Under the pieces are notes generated by a model that made no database searches, was not told where the DNA came from, and worked only from the letters and a program-made list of their open reading frames with translations. A program made the position numbers and the translations under genes. This document shows, piece after piece, positions 26,731 through 40,802 of a stretch of 64,000 nucleotides of DNA. The number at the start of each line of letters is the position of its first letter. Within the stretch, counting starts at the first letter, position 1. The DNA comes from Octopus sinensis (lineage: Eukaryota), in assembly GCF_006345805.1 (NCBI RefSeq), contig NC_043002.1, forward strand, positions 100,316,001 through 100,380,000, written 5' to 3'.

Positions 26731-28049
26731 CCCGCTTACTGCCTTCTCATGGTTAAAAATAACATCGTTTTATGTCGTTATGTCGTTAGAATATGCAGAA
26801 AACTCTACAAAATGAAAGGAGACAATCGTCTTAAGCAATCTATATTCTATGAACGCAATACAAAAAATTGTTTATCTCAGAAAGTCATTAACGTTCTGCT
26901 ATAAATTAATATAATGAGTGCCGTAGTATAAAAGCTGTCTGCAATCCGGTTGGTTACAGTTCTGCTTGATTACAGCACACTCAACTGATTTGTCTAATAC
27001 CTTTCAGAAAGACATAAATATAAAGATGCATTCCAATTTCTCTGCTGTATAATTGATGACTGTTGCATATATCATTTTGAACATCCACAAGATCTTAAAC
27101 ATCGATCAGTTCGATTTCGCTAAACTGGGAGGTCCCGACTGCAAACAACATTCGTGACAACGAGTCATCGCCGACTAAAACTCGTTTAAAAGGAAACCTG
27201 TATATATAAATATTTGATCGTAAAATAGTCTTACAAAAAAATTATATATAAGTTAGGATTGCTAAGAACAAGTGTTTTCCAAATTATTTCTCGCATGAGA
27301 AATATTTATAACACCAATGTTTATATCTTGTTGACCTAACATTTATTCGACGAGATGAATCACTTCCACAAAACAGAACACTGATCGTTTACTAGTTTCT
27401 TATTTTTCCCATTCGAATTAATGAAACACTAGTGTGTAACCCAGGAACGTATGTTAGCGTCCAGTCGCTGCTTAGTATTCACTATACTATGTGTTCTATG
27501 TACTGAGAAATAGCCGGATTTGATCTTAACGGTTTGAAAAGAATGGGTAATTAATTTTACCGTGGGTACGGTGCGAGTGCAATGAGAGTGTACACAAATC
27601 TACCGTTGAACTGGCTCGCAAGCATCGCGTCGACCCAAGCGTGAATGAAATGGTACGAGTGGAAATTGTGCGGAAGCACTTCGAATAGACGATTAGGATA
27701 TATAATGCTGAAGTACCTCTAAACACCTGAAGCATTCTATGTCCTAATTTGTTACGAAATGAACAACGTTGCATATCATGTATCATTCTGTCTTAAAACA
27801 TTACATTTTACTGAAAAACCGCGGCATTTACAAGAAATGAAATATATCTTTTGATATATAATTCTAGAAAGCACTGACACAGACATGCGCGCGCACACAC
27901 ACACAAGCACGTATGCACTCACACACACAGAGTAGTTCATGTTTATACTTATCCTTTTCTCCTCCTTCATATACGCCACATATAATCACGATAACACAAA
28001 ACAAATGCAAGCTCGTAAGAATATGAATTTACAAATAAAAAAATAAAAA

Positions 28050-28082
<33 letters not shown>

Positions 28083-28085
28083 AGA

Positions 28086-28129
<44 letters not shown>

Positions 28130-28385
28130 GTATATATATGTATTATATATAGTATATATATATGTATATATGTATCTATATATATGTATATATAATATAT
28201 ATATGTATAATATATATATGTATATATATATATATATGTATATATGTATGAATATTATGTATGTATATATATAATATGTATGTTATATATATATGTATAT
28301 ATGTATGTATATATATATATATATGTATAGATATATATATGTAATTGTATGTATATATATATGTATATATATATATGTATGTATG

Positions 28386-28420
<35 letters not shown>

Positions 28421-28453
28421 GTATTATATATAATGTATATATATATATATATG

Positions 28454-28486
<33 letters not shown>

Positions 28487-28785
28487 TATATATATATGTA
28501 TGTATATATATATATATGTATGTATATATATATGTATGTAATATAATATGTATGTATATATATATATGTATGTATATATATATGTATGTATTATATATAT
28601 ATGTATGTATATATATATGTATATATATATATGTATATATATATTATGTATGTATATATATTATATGTATGTAATATATATATGTATGTATATATATATA
28701 TATGTATGTATAATATTATGTATGTATATATATATATGTATATGTATTATATATATATGTATATATATATATGATGTATGTATAT

Positions 28786-28816
<31 letters not shown>

Positions 28817-29175
28817 GTATATATAATATAATGTATTATATATATATATATGGATGTATATATATATGTATATATACATATATATATGTATGTATATATA
28901 TATATATGTATGTATATATATATATATGTATTATATATATATATATGTATGTATATATATATGTATGTAATATATATATATATATAATATGTATGTATAT
29001 ATATATATATGTATGTATATATATATAATATATATGTATGTATAGATATATATATATGTATATATATATATTGTATTATATATATATGTATATATTATAT
29101 GTATATATATATATATATATGTATATATAATATATATATATGTATATATTATATTATGTATATAGATATATATAT

Positions 29176-29210
<35 letters not shown>

Positions 29211-29213
29211 GAT

Positions 29214-29246
<33 letters not shown>

Positions 29247-29309
29247 GATATATGTATATATATATATATGTATGTATATATATATTATATGTAATATATA
29301 TTATGTATG

Positions 29310-29360
<51 letters not shown>

Positions 29361-29670
29361 ATATATATATATATGTATGTATATAATATATATATATATA
29401 TGTATGATGTATATTATATATATATATGTATGTATGTATATGTATATATATATATATGTATGTATATATATATATGTATGTATATAGATATATATATATA
29501 TGTATGTATATATATATATATAGTATGTATGTATATATATATATATGTATGTATATGTATATATATATGTATGTATATATCTATATATATATATGTAGTA
29601 TTTATAATAATATGTAGTATATATATATATAGTATGTATGTATGTATGTATGTATATATATATACATATA
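28050..29670. repeat. ~1.6 kb mosaic (TA)n/(TATG)n array
   Basis: Directly visible; the source of the many YI-repeat ORFs. Confidence 0.95.
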
Positions 29671-30290
29671 TATACAGATTCATATACGTCTCTCTTTCTC
29701 ATTTTATTTCTCGCTCTTTCTCTATATATATATCTCTCCCTCTCAATATATATGCATTCATTCGTTATGACCTTCAACCTGATAAAACAACGCACATACC
29801 CTGGTCAATATATTTTCTATTATACTGGTTTCAGTAATATTCTCATAACAATTGACTATGTACGTGAAATTTTGGCCTACATATTTCATTGCTATTGTCT
29901 ACTTTTCTTTGATTTTCTTAACTTGACATTCTTTCCAACTAATCCAGTCAACCTTGTATTTCCTTTACCTGTATTTATATTTCATATAACAACTATTGTA
30001 GAGAGTTTCTGAAACTATTCGATAACGTAATTTTGAAGCACTCATTAACCATATTTATATTAAATATATCCTTCTGCATCTTGAACAATCAAGTATTTAT
30101 TACAAAATGTTTCCTGTGGCCTTTGAACTGTATAAACAATACGAATATTCTGACCCTGTGTACTATATTAGCTTGTAACACGCTGACCTTTGTTCAATAA
30201 GTGATTGTCCTTTGTGTTTAATGACACTCAAATACATATCAATATAAGCATGCATATCTTTTTCTTTTTCTTTTTTTTTCTTTTTTCTTT

Positions 30291-30678
30291 TTCCTTGTTT
30301 CAGTCATTTTGACTGCGGCCATGCTGGAGCACCGCCTTTTAGTCGAGCAAATCGACCCCGGGACTTATTCTTTGTAAGCCCAGTACTTATTCTTATCGGT
30401 CTCCTTTTGTCGAAGAACCGCTAAGTGACGGGGACATAAACACACCAGCATCGGTTGTCAAACAATGCTAGGGGGACAAACACAGACACACACATATATA
30501 TATATATATACATATATACGACGGGCTTCTTTCAGTTTCCGTCTACGAAATCCACTCACAAGGCACTGGCCGGCCCGGGGCTATAGCAGAAGACACTTGC
30601 CCAAGTGCCACGCAGTGGGACTGAACCCGGAACCATGTGGTTGGTAAGCAAGCTACTTACCACACAGCCACTCCTGCG

Positions 30679-30680
<2 letters not shown>
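30291..30680 (-). mobile_element. SINE family A, full length
   Basis: Reverse complement of the family consensus, ending in ctcctgcgcc. Confidence 0.9.
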
Positions 30681-30754
<74 letters not shown>

Positions 30755-30818
30755 GTATGTATTGATTATATGTATGATGTATATATGTATGTATGTATGT
30801 ATTATGTATGTAGTATGC

Positions 30819-30855
<37 letters not shown>

Positions 30856-30940
30856 TAGTGTGTTATATATATGTACAACCTATATATATATATATTATAT
30901 ATATAAATATATATGTATGCATATGTGTATATATATGTAT

Positions 30941-31105
30941 ACGCGCAGGTTGGTTGTGGTAAGTAGCTTGTTTACCAACCACATGGTTCCGGGTTCAGTC
31001 TCACTGCGTGGCACCTTGGGCAAGTGTCTTCTACTATAGCATCGGGCCGACCAAAGCCTTGTGAGTGGATTTGGTAGACGGAAACTGAAAGAAGCCCGTC
31101 GTATA
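30941..31105 (+). mobile_element. SINE family A, 5' half
   Basis: Head to head with 30291-30680 across a TA/TATG array. Confidence 0.85.
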
Positions 31106-31367
31106 TATGTATATATATATATGTACATACATATATATACATATATATATACATATTTATATATATATGTATATATGTATATATGTATATATATTATATG
31201 TGTGTATTTATATATTTATAAATATGTATATATTTATATATGTATATATACATATATATATATACATATGTATATATATATATACATATGTATATATATA
31301 TATATATGTATAAATATATATATGTGTGTGTGTATACATGTAGTTGTATACGTATGTTGTGTCTATA

Positions 31368-31775
31368 CGAGGGGTACCCAAAAGTAACGGCGTCGTGTGT
31401 TGCCACCATACTGACAGGAAATGCATCTTTGCTTTGCGGTGCTTCTCCCCTGTTCGTCAATGTTTGCCGTAGCTGAAACGAAGGGACAGCGTGCTTCCGT
31501 TAAATTCTGTTTTTCTGTAGGGGAGGGAGGGAGACGGCGGTTGAAATAGTTGCCATGCTTCAAACAGCTTACTAGGACTCTGTCATGAGGAAAACATAAG
31601 TTTACGAGTGGTTTCCTTGCTTTAGGATTGGTGACATTTCGCTTGAACATCAACCTCGTTCTGGACGACCGCCGATCTCGCGAACGAATGAAAACATCAC
31701 GAAAATATACGAACCGGTTTTGCAAGATCGTCACCGAACAATTGACGAAATTGTTGATAGGTCTTTTATGTCCAG
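31368..31775 (+). mobile_element. Mariner 5' fragment
   Basis: TA|cgaggggtacccaaaagtaac terminus, followed by frameshifted [38 protein letters not shown]. Confidence 0.8.
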
Positions 31776-31900
31776 GCGAAATATTTGTATAGATAGATAA
31801 GTAATTACAAAAATACACATACGTATATATGGCTTACACATACGTATATATATGGCCGGATGGTTGCTGAAAATATTTATGTACAATGACATATATATAG

Positions 31901-31954
<54 letters not shown>

Positions 31955-32113
31955 ATTTTGTTTATGTACATTTATATAAATATCATAATACACACACATA
32001 CATGTTTGTATAATACATATGCATCTTCATTTACATGAATCTGTACGTGTACATATATTTATGTGTTATTCGTATATCTATCTAGCTCTCAATCTGTTAT
32101 CTGTCTATGTATC

Positions 32114-32170
<57 letters not shown>

Positions 32171-32260
32171 ATCTATCTATCTATGTGTGTGCTCATGTGT
32201 TGTGTTTCTGTGCATTGTATAAATTATATAACTTCAGTATTTGTTTACCTGCTTGTGGAT

Positions 32261-32345
<85 letters not shown>

Positions 32346-32371
32346 GGATATATATATATATGTGTGTGTGT

Positions 32372-32403
<32 letters not shown>

Positions 32404-35400
32404 ACATTATATTCACACATATGCATATATACACACGCACGTACACAGATAGATGGACAGATAGATAGATAGAGAGAGAGAGAGATAAATCGGTGGATAG
32501 ATAGATACATAGACGTGTGCATGCATATATGTGTACGCACAGGTATTAGCTCAAGTATATATGTGTGTATATGCATATGCATATGTATATATATATATAC
32601 ACATATATATACATATACATATACATATATATATATATATATATGTACATAAGTGTATATATATGCGTATGTATATGCATATATGTATATGTGTGTGTAT
32701 ATATATACATATGTATAGACAATTCAAATATACATATATACACATAAGTATATATATGATGTGCTCGCTGTATGTGACTGAATATTTATAACAGCCTAAG
32801 CTCCAATAATTTTCTGTTTAAAACTGAACTGACAGTTGTGTATTGAGTTTGATAACAAAATAGAATCCTTTAATAGATTTTGTAGATTGAGCAAGCGAGT
32901 GAAATGCAAAACTGGAGGAAAACAGAAAATATGAGTTGAAATTAGAATGAGATATGGAGAGTGAAAGAGTGAAGCAATAAAATCATTGAAGTAAATAAAT
33001 ATAATATTGAAAATGTGAACAGATACTTTTTGAAATTACGTTTAAAAAATGGTGGCTAGCTTTTGTCGCATGTGCGCGCGCGATTGTGTGTGTAATGTCT
33101 GATTTTATTAGTTCATGTGACTACAATATTTCGCTTGCGTCTTGGTATTCTAGAAATACTGCATATATTATTGCCATTAGCATATAAGAAATGGATGATG
33201 CTTTAACCTGAAAACCTATATATAATTATCTTTTTTACGCAGCAAATTTTGCTTTGTCTTTATATATCTTTTCCTTCTGTCAGCCATTGGACAGTAGTCC
33301 CACTGGGTTTCTGTTTGGAAGGGTTTAGTCGAGCAAATCGACCCCAGTACTTATTTTTGAAACCTGGTATTTATTTTATCAGTCTCTTTTAAGGCACCCT
33401 CAAGTTATTTGCACGTAAATAAATCAATGTCTGCTCTCTAATATTATTGATGGGGCAAAAGGTCTTTTGTTTTCCACGGAGTTCATTATATTTTCCTTAA
33501 AATATATAATAATGAGATATCTAATTATAAATGTATGTGGATTTTCGAAGTTATTGTACAGCTGATAATGATAGTCAGATGAATATACTAGTTAAAAACA
33601 ATTGCTGACTGTCATTTTGTTTGTTTAACTAGATACTAGGTGTCTAACAGCATAAGCTGTTACACGCCTAGTCTCTAGTTCCTGTTTCCTATTGTTGTGA
33701 TAACCCAGGCCTATCTTGAACGCGCCTACCAATCAACATATGCATGTCCCTATTGTCCAAATCTTTTTGTACCCAGACATTATGACAATAGGACATCATC
33801 AAGTGTGCCTTTAATTTGTAAATGGGTAGGATGTGATTTCAATCTTATTTAGTTTCCATTTCTAGTAAGCCAAACCAGCTCGCAAAAACATCCACGTTGA
33901 TTCGTCTGTCTAGCTGCTATCATTTAGTACACGATTATCCATGATCATACAGATCTACACTCAAAGTACTTCCATCTGTGACCATCCAATTATATTGTAT
34001 ATGTAGGGCAACAATATAAAATGCATCCTTCCTATCCAAAGACTATCTATATTTGCAAAATACAGTAAAAGCTATGTGCTACAGCGATCCCCCACTGCCT
34101 CTAGCCTGCTATTAGTGTGTATACATTTACTGCTTACGCCGCACAGGTTGCACTTTTACCATTTCCATTATGACTAGAGATTATGGCTACCATGATAAAA
34201 CGTAGAGGAAAGAATCATAAGAATTTAAGCCTGGTTCCATAAAATACTAAGCCGAAAATGCTGATGATGATTTGAGTATTAAAGTGATTGATGGTAGGAT
34301 GAGAAACATAAGGATTATTTATTACTTACGATACTGTCTAAATTTATATTCAACATGAAATAGATCATATTTTACATATGTTAGAAATATACAACAGCTA
34401 TCATATCAAATTATCTAGAAAGTATCCTCGTGCTTGATTCATCTCAAAGAAAAAGCAGCTAAATCTCAGTCAAATCACATCTACGTTTTAAAAATAGGAA
34501 GATCATATCGTTTATTGTGGCACTAAGAGAAAACAAGGAAGATATGATTGCAGTGATTAGAAGCCTTTGCAGGGAAAATCTTTGTCTGATTATGTTTAAC
34601 AGCAAGTTCAACAACACTACTCTCCAAAGAAGATTTCTACCGGTCGCTTGGCAGGCACCAATTACAATTAGATCTTATATACACATACATAACAGGAGTC
34701 AATATAACACTTATAATCATTAAGATATATTAATATATATCATTATAATATTTTGCAAAATACGGATAGTCTATCTCGTTTACGCTATATTATTAGCATT
34801 ATCCTGCGTTTGAGAATAAGATTATTTCCTTATATTTATTAATTGTAATAATGTAAATATTTAATATTTAGTAGATATGCCCTTTGCATTTTTCCAACGC
34901 AATTAGATAACTATTCTGTTGCGGAAATTTCTTGCCAAGTTACATGCAGTTATCTCAAAAGATCTGGTCTTGATGATGCTTTCTTGTTCATTTTATGGAG
35001 TGCTCTGTTCATTATGTCGTTCTTCAATAGGGTTCATATCCGGTTACTGGCTTGACTATGGAACCTTTTTAATGCCATTTCCATCCAACAAATCTTGAGC
35101 CATTTTAACCGTGTTACAAGGAGCTCCATCTTCCAAAAATAAAGAGTTTTCTTTAATCGTTTCACCACTGGACATGATTGGAATGAGTCCTCAGTGCCAT
35201 AAAGGACACATATTTATCTGAGTTTATATTCCCCCACACTCCACCAGCTCTGATCAACCATTGCTCCAAATTGCTCCCCAGACCATATAATTGGTAAAGA
35301 TGACAACAAACTTTAAGGCAAGACATATATCTCAAGTCATATGCGTTATTATTATTGGAAAAATTCAAAGTCTTACAGCTGTTTCTGGGATATCCCAGAG

Positions 35401-35506
35401 TATGGGATATTCCGTCATCGGTGACAAATAGGGAAAATGAGAGGGGTATAGACTAATGAAATGACGACATAGAGAACAATGAGAAGGGTATAGATGAAAT
35501 GACGAC

Positions 35507-35550
<44 letters not shown>

Positions 35551-35742
35551 GTGTGAATGAAAATGCTGAATATGCAGTCCCGAAAATTCTCTGACCATCT
35601 AACCATGAATCATTGGGCTTGGCTTTTTTAGTTTGAATATTCTCTCAAATATTACGAAGTACATTCTATTTTACAACTACGGATGATTTAATTCTGTGGC
35701 AAAATATCTACTGCACTATCACACACCCATACATACACACCC

Positions 35743-35819
<77 letters not shown>

Positions 35820-35821
<2 letters not shown>

Positions 35822-36011
35822 AAAGTTGTTTGGTCACAAGAAATTTGAAAAGCTACACGCGAAACCGGTAATTTCTTTAAAAATTTTAAAATTATGTCAT
35901 TTTAAGGAAAGGGAAAAAAAAAAGTTTTTCCAATATTCTCCAGACATTTTGACACAAATATATATATTTTTTAACATTTAAGCCTTCTGTCGTTTTTTCA
36001 CTCTTTACTAT

Positions 36012-36018
<7 letters not shown>
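35820..36018 (+). mobile_element. ~190 bp HHR-bearing terminal fragment between (TA)n arrays
   Basis: Second copy at 58915-59080 (aattatgtcatt, cagacat.ttgac.caaatatatat, aagccttctgt, tttactatttt). Confidence 0.6.
35838..35877 (+). ncRNA. Minimal hammerhead with U3-A8 core
   Basis: AAGAAAT-TTGAAAA-GC(TACAC)GC-GAAA-CCGG-TA-ATTTCTT. Helix I is 7 bp and helix III is the palindrome ACCGGT. Confidence 0.65.
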
Positions 36019-36044
<26 letters not shown>

Positions 36045-36046
<2 letters not shown>

Positions 36047-36510
36047 GAGAGGGGTTGACCGCAAATAAACAGAACCCACAGATCTTTGAGTGGAACTGTT
36101 TGAAAAAAATCGACACAGAGGGGTGAATCGAGATGAACACTGGTTCCGGCAAGACAGGGCCACTCGCCACGCATCAAATAACTCCCTAGACTGGCTGAGA
36201 GAGCGATTTCAGGAGAGACTCATCAGCAGGAAGTGTGACGTTCAGTGGGCACCGCTTTCACCGGAATTGAAATCCCCAGATTCTTTTTACCTGTTTGGGT
36301 ATCTCAATCCTTTGGGTATCTCAATCCAGAACAATCCTCGAACGATTCGTGAACTGAAGGCAGCAATTACAGTAGAAATCAGGGAAATTCCCAAAGAGGA
36401 ATGTGTTCTAGTAACTGACAATTTAGCGTGGCGTATGCTACTGTTTGCGCGAGGTATATCATTTGCAGCATATTTTGAAAAGAACACAACTTTTATGCAA
36501 AGAGAATGAT
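36045..36510 (+). pseudogene. IS630-Tc1-mariner transposase C-terminal remnant
   Basis: WFRQDRAT.H...L.ERF..RLISR....WAPLSPEL...D.F..GYL...P.TI.ELK.AI..EI..IP, matching the WFQQDGA / WP.RSPDL family pattern. Confidence 0.8.
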
Positions 36511-36604
36511 CGTACACAGACCGAAGTTTAAATCCAGCAAATTTCTTGAAATTTTATTCTGGGATTAAATCTCAGAACGAGATGTAAACAGTAATCGCTC
36601 GGCA

Positions 36605-37068
36605 ATGTAAAGTATAAAAGCCATCTCAATATGGCTAACCACAAAGGGGAGGGGTGTTACTGTAGCTTTTTAGCCCCAGGAGATCATCGTCTCCAGCTGG
36701 CTTTAGACACACTTTCTGTGCCCTTTAGGTATTTGTAAAGGGAGGCCATCCCTTTCTCGTAAGTCAGTTTTTCGAAATCAGTGGCAGACGTCACTAGAAA
36801 AACTCTTATATATTTGCAAACAGGCCTTGTCTTTCATCGGGATCTGGTGATTACCGCCCGTTGATAAGAGACAATAATCTCGAAACCGGTCCGGTGCGTA
36901 TCACTCAGGCTTACGAGAAAGGGATGGCCTCCCTTTGCAGATACCTAAAGGGCACAGAAAATGTGTCTAAAGCCAGCTGGAGACGATGATCTCCTGGGGC
37001 TAAAAGCTACAGTAACACCCCCTCCCCTTTGTGGTTAGCCATATTGAGATGGCTTTTATACTTTACAT
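36605..37068. mobile_element. 464 bp inverted-repeat element (159 bp arms, 146 bp spacer containing an HHR)
   Basis: 36605-36763 is the near-perfect reverse complement of 36910-37068. Arm fragments also occur near 37365-37415 and 47865-47920. Confidence 0.85.
36858..36894 (+). ncRNA. Minimal hammerhead with U3-A8 core
   Basis: CCG-TTGATAA-GAGA(CAATAA)TCTC-GAAA-CCGG-TC-CGG, with a GUC triplet. Confidence 0.7.
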
Positions 37069-37579
37069 ATTCTGGGATTGTAATCAATAATCTATTGAAC
37101 TTACTAGATAAATTCAAGTGTTCTGATGGTTTCAGAGCGTTTAGAATGCTTTTTATGCTTTGATACTAGTGATATCTTTCCATCTTCAGTCTTTCAGACT
37201 TTGTAGACGAAAGATCTGGCAACTTTTAAAAATTGAGATATTTCGAAATTGCTATACTCAGCCTTTATAACCACAATAACAGCATGCCTCTTCATTTCTT
37301 GGGTAAGCTGAGGGTCTGCCATTATTCTTTTCTTAAATAAAGATTATATATATGTGAGGTATACTAGCCATCTCAATATGGCTAACCATATGGGTGTTAC
37401 TGTAGCTTGTAGCCCACATTGTCGTGCAGTTACTGTTTACATCTCGTTCAGAGATTTATTATTACAGATTATATATAGTTAGCAAGAAATGCAGCAATGA
37501 CCTCAAAGATGCATGTCTTCAAACACCTTACGCACCGTATATATATGGTGTGTGTGTGTTGTGTGTGTGTGTGTGTGTA

Positions 37580-37631
<52 letters not shown>

Positions 37632-37634
<3 letters not shown>

Positions 37635-37781
37635 GACGGGCTTCTTTCAGTTCCTGTTTACCAAATCCACTCACAATGCTAAAGTCGGTCCGAGACTATA
37701 GTAGAAGACACTTGTCCAAGGTGCCAAGCAGTCAGACTGAACCCGGCTGGTAAACAAGCTACATGCCAAACAGCCACTCCT

Positions 37782-37786
<5 letters not shown>
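37632..37786 (-). mobile_element. SINE family A, 5' half
   Basis: acgacgggcttctttcagtt...ccactcctgcgc. Confidence 0.8.
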
Positions 37787-37860
<74 letters not shown>

Positions 37861-38379
37861 CACACACATACTCTGACACACTAACTTCAAATTTGTAGCT
37901 AAACATAAAACTAAACATCTAAAACGTTAAAAGCTAAAGTGTTCCTCTTCTATCCTCTTGTGTGTACCCGACCTGTTCCACAATGTGCTCATTAACATCT
38001 AACATAGATGAATTGCCCTCTTAAGCAGTCGTAAATTTCTGATCGAACAATATGCCAATTAAAAGCAGAACCATGTTGAAAATACTTCGGAGTTTGATAT
38101 TACAATAGGAATTTCGTTAGAAAATTAAATTATCCGTAATTGCTTTAAAATAGAATTCATTCCGTTATATCAGAAAAAATATTGAAACTCACATAAATGG
38201 CCTTTTTAAGACATGTGTAGAGAAATGTAGGTGTTGTTGTGAAATATTTTCATTGAAATATGCCATTAAGATATTGATCACTCATAATTTCGGAGTATTA
38301 TTCACTCTTTCACATAACAGAAAAATTTCGTCGCGGACACTGCTAGTATCCTATATATCAGAAATATTCAATTTGCATA

Positions 38380-38540
38380 TGGGTTTGAAATTTTGTCACA
38401 AGATCAACCATTTTGCGGGAGTGGGGGGTCGATTACATCGACGCAAGTATATAACTGGTACTTAGTTTATTGACCTTGAAAGTAAAAACAGCAATGTCAC
38501 CCTCGGTAGAATTTGAAGACAAGGACGAACGAAATGCACG
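38380..38540 (-). mobile_element. SINE family B fragment
   Basis: gggggtcgattacatcgac...taactggtactta. Confidence 0.65.
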
Positions 38541-38617
38541 CACTCACGCACACACAGTTACATGTATACATATTTGTGTGCAACTAATTGTCATATATAT
38601 ATATATATATCTTTATA

Positions 38618-38911
38618 TCTTTATATATAAAAGTCAAGTTGTGTGTCTGTCTCCTACGATTTAGATTCCTAACTACTTCCACATTTTGCGGTGCAGTTTA
38701 ACCAAAACTGGGTATCTTATAGTCGTGATTCATATCGAGCCTTTCTGGGTATTAGCGCGCGTCTACGATGAGTCTACGATTTAAAAAATTACCATCATTT
38801 TTTTCCAGTTTAATGCATTTTTTCGCTATTATATAAGGGAAGTAACTCTCTAAAAATGCTTATATAGTTATTTCCCTTACAAACCCGAGCAACGCCGGGC
38901 GATACTGCTAG
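38618..38911 (+). mobile_element. Non-autonomous Helitron
   Basis: A|TC..tatatataaaa 5' end, subterminal hairpin cccgagcaacgccggg, and CTAG|T end at 38908-11. Confidence 0.85.
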
Positions 38912-39236
38912 TATATATATATATATATATATATGAATATAAACATTGTGTGTATGAGTATATATACATATATAATTATATATATATGTGGGTGTGTGTT
39001 TGTATTTGTGTATGTGTGTGTGTAATATGCATTTAATTCTATAAGCGTAGATGTTTGCCTAGAAACAATGTTGCCATAGAGATACCGGAATTTGTAAAGG
39101 AGTAACATTTGGATGAAAATCCTTGTGTTTGGATACAAACGATAATTTTCATCTCAAATCCGCTTTACTTTCTCTCAGAATTCCTTAATGTTTCTTTAAT
39201 CTTTCTCTCTCCCTGTCTTTCTTTTTTCTCTCTCTC

Positions 39237-39280
<44 letters not shown>

Positions 39281-39534
39281 GCACACACAAACCCACACGT
39301 ATATTTTCTCTCTCGTCTTCGATTAGGTACTAGTACACAACTAAGTCACGTTTATGTACTCATGCACAAACACATGCGTTCACATATAGATGCAGTGTGT
39401 GTGCGTGTTGTTTGTCAGCGCGCGCGCGTGTCCACAATTAGACGCCATTTCATTGTAAAATTAGAAGATGGTTTGAAATACCATGTATGATAGAAAATAT
39501 ACTTATTTTATTGTTTCACATTTGCTTGTTTTTA

Positions 39535-39581
<47 letters not shown>

Positions 39582-39654
39582 CTATAATTTCATGACAGTT
39601 AAGTCTGATTCAGTATGCATAAATGTTAAATAGTTTAAATGTACGTAATATTGA

Positions 39655-39865
39655 TTTCAAATTTTGGCACAAGAGCAACAATTTCAGGCGAAGAAATTAA
39701 GGGGCTTACATCAACACCAATTTTTAGCTGCTGCATATTTTACCGTTCGTGAAGAATGAAATGCAAAGTTGACCACGGCGGAGTTTGAACTCAGAACGTA
39801 AATAGGGATGAAATGCCGCCAAGCAATTTGCCCGGCTTGCTAACGAATCTACCAGCTTGCTGTCT
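39655..39865 (-). mobile_element. SINE family B
   Basis: tttcaaattttggcacaag tail and gcaaagttgaccacggcggagtttgaactcagaacg. Confidence 0.75.
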
Positions 39866-40024
39866 TAAAAGTACAAAATATTGTAGAGTCACGACTATTG
39901 ATAAGGTTGCAAGACGCAACGAAAATTTTAGGAAAATAAAAATAAGAAATAAGTGGAAATTTTGCCGGTGTGTTAAATTATAAGGTACAAAAAGTAAATT
40001 ACTCTCCCCAGACACAACAGAATA

Positions 40025-40430
40025 TCATTTCTTTATTGCCCACAAGGGGCTAAACATAGAGGAGACAAACAAAGGGATTAAGTCGATTACATCGACCCCA
40101 GTGCGTAACCAGTACTTAATTGATCGTCCCCGAAAGGATGAAAGGCAAAGTCGACCTCGGTGGAATTTGAACTCCGAAAATAACGGCAGACGAAATACCT
40201 ATTTCTTTATTACCCACAAGGGGCCAAACACAGAGGGGGACAAACAAGGACAGACATAGGTATTAAGTCGATTGCATTAACCCCAGTGCGTAACTGGTAC
40301 TTAATTTATCGACCCCGAAAGGATGAAAGGCAAAGTCGACATCGGCGGAATTTGAACTCAGAACGAAGCGGCAGACGAAATACAGCTAAACATTTCGCCC
40401 GGCGTGCTAACGTTTCTGCCAGCTCACCGC
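40025..40430 (-). mobile_element. SINE family B, dimeric body
   Basis: ~175-180 bp unit repeated, with the junction gacgaaatacc|tatttcttta at about 40200. Confidence 0.9.
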
Positions 40431-40802
40431 TAGATTATGCTTCACCACATGAACTCACATGAAGAATTAAAGAATCTTGCAAACCAAATCCAAAAACGAA
40501 ATATTGTAGACATGAAATAGTTTAAGTATTTCCTATCTTCTTTGGTATTTGAAAGCTCGTAATACTTTGTTGAAGATATAACATTTGAAACAACGGATTT
40601 TTATATATTTCAAATTTCCGTCTGTTTCTCGATATGCTTCTTGTTCATCCTTCTTTTGAGCTGCAGGGGGACTTTTTTTTTTCTCTTGTTTCGTTTTGAG
40701 GAGCTGACATTATTCTGTATCTGAACATTTCTGCAAAATTTCGTAAAGATTTCATATGAAACGGTAACATTGAAGATAAGCACGAAGACGTCTACACTTA
40801 TA

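Noticed and set aside
28345-29837. Many long ORFs of YI/IY/CV repeats (also at 15436, 30605-32790, 43623-44427 and 49730-50465)
   Set aside because: Translations of TA/TG/GATA microsatellites, which lack stop codons by composition.
35100-35400. Minus-strand LYGLGSNLEQWLIRAGGVWG resembling a DNA-transposon protein remnant
   Set aside because: Only a vague resemblance from memory; needs a profile search.
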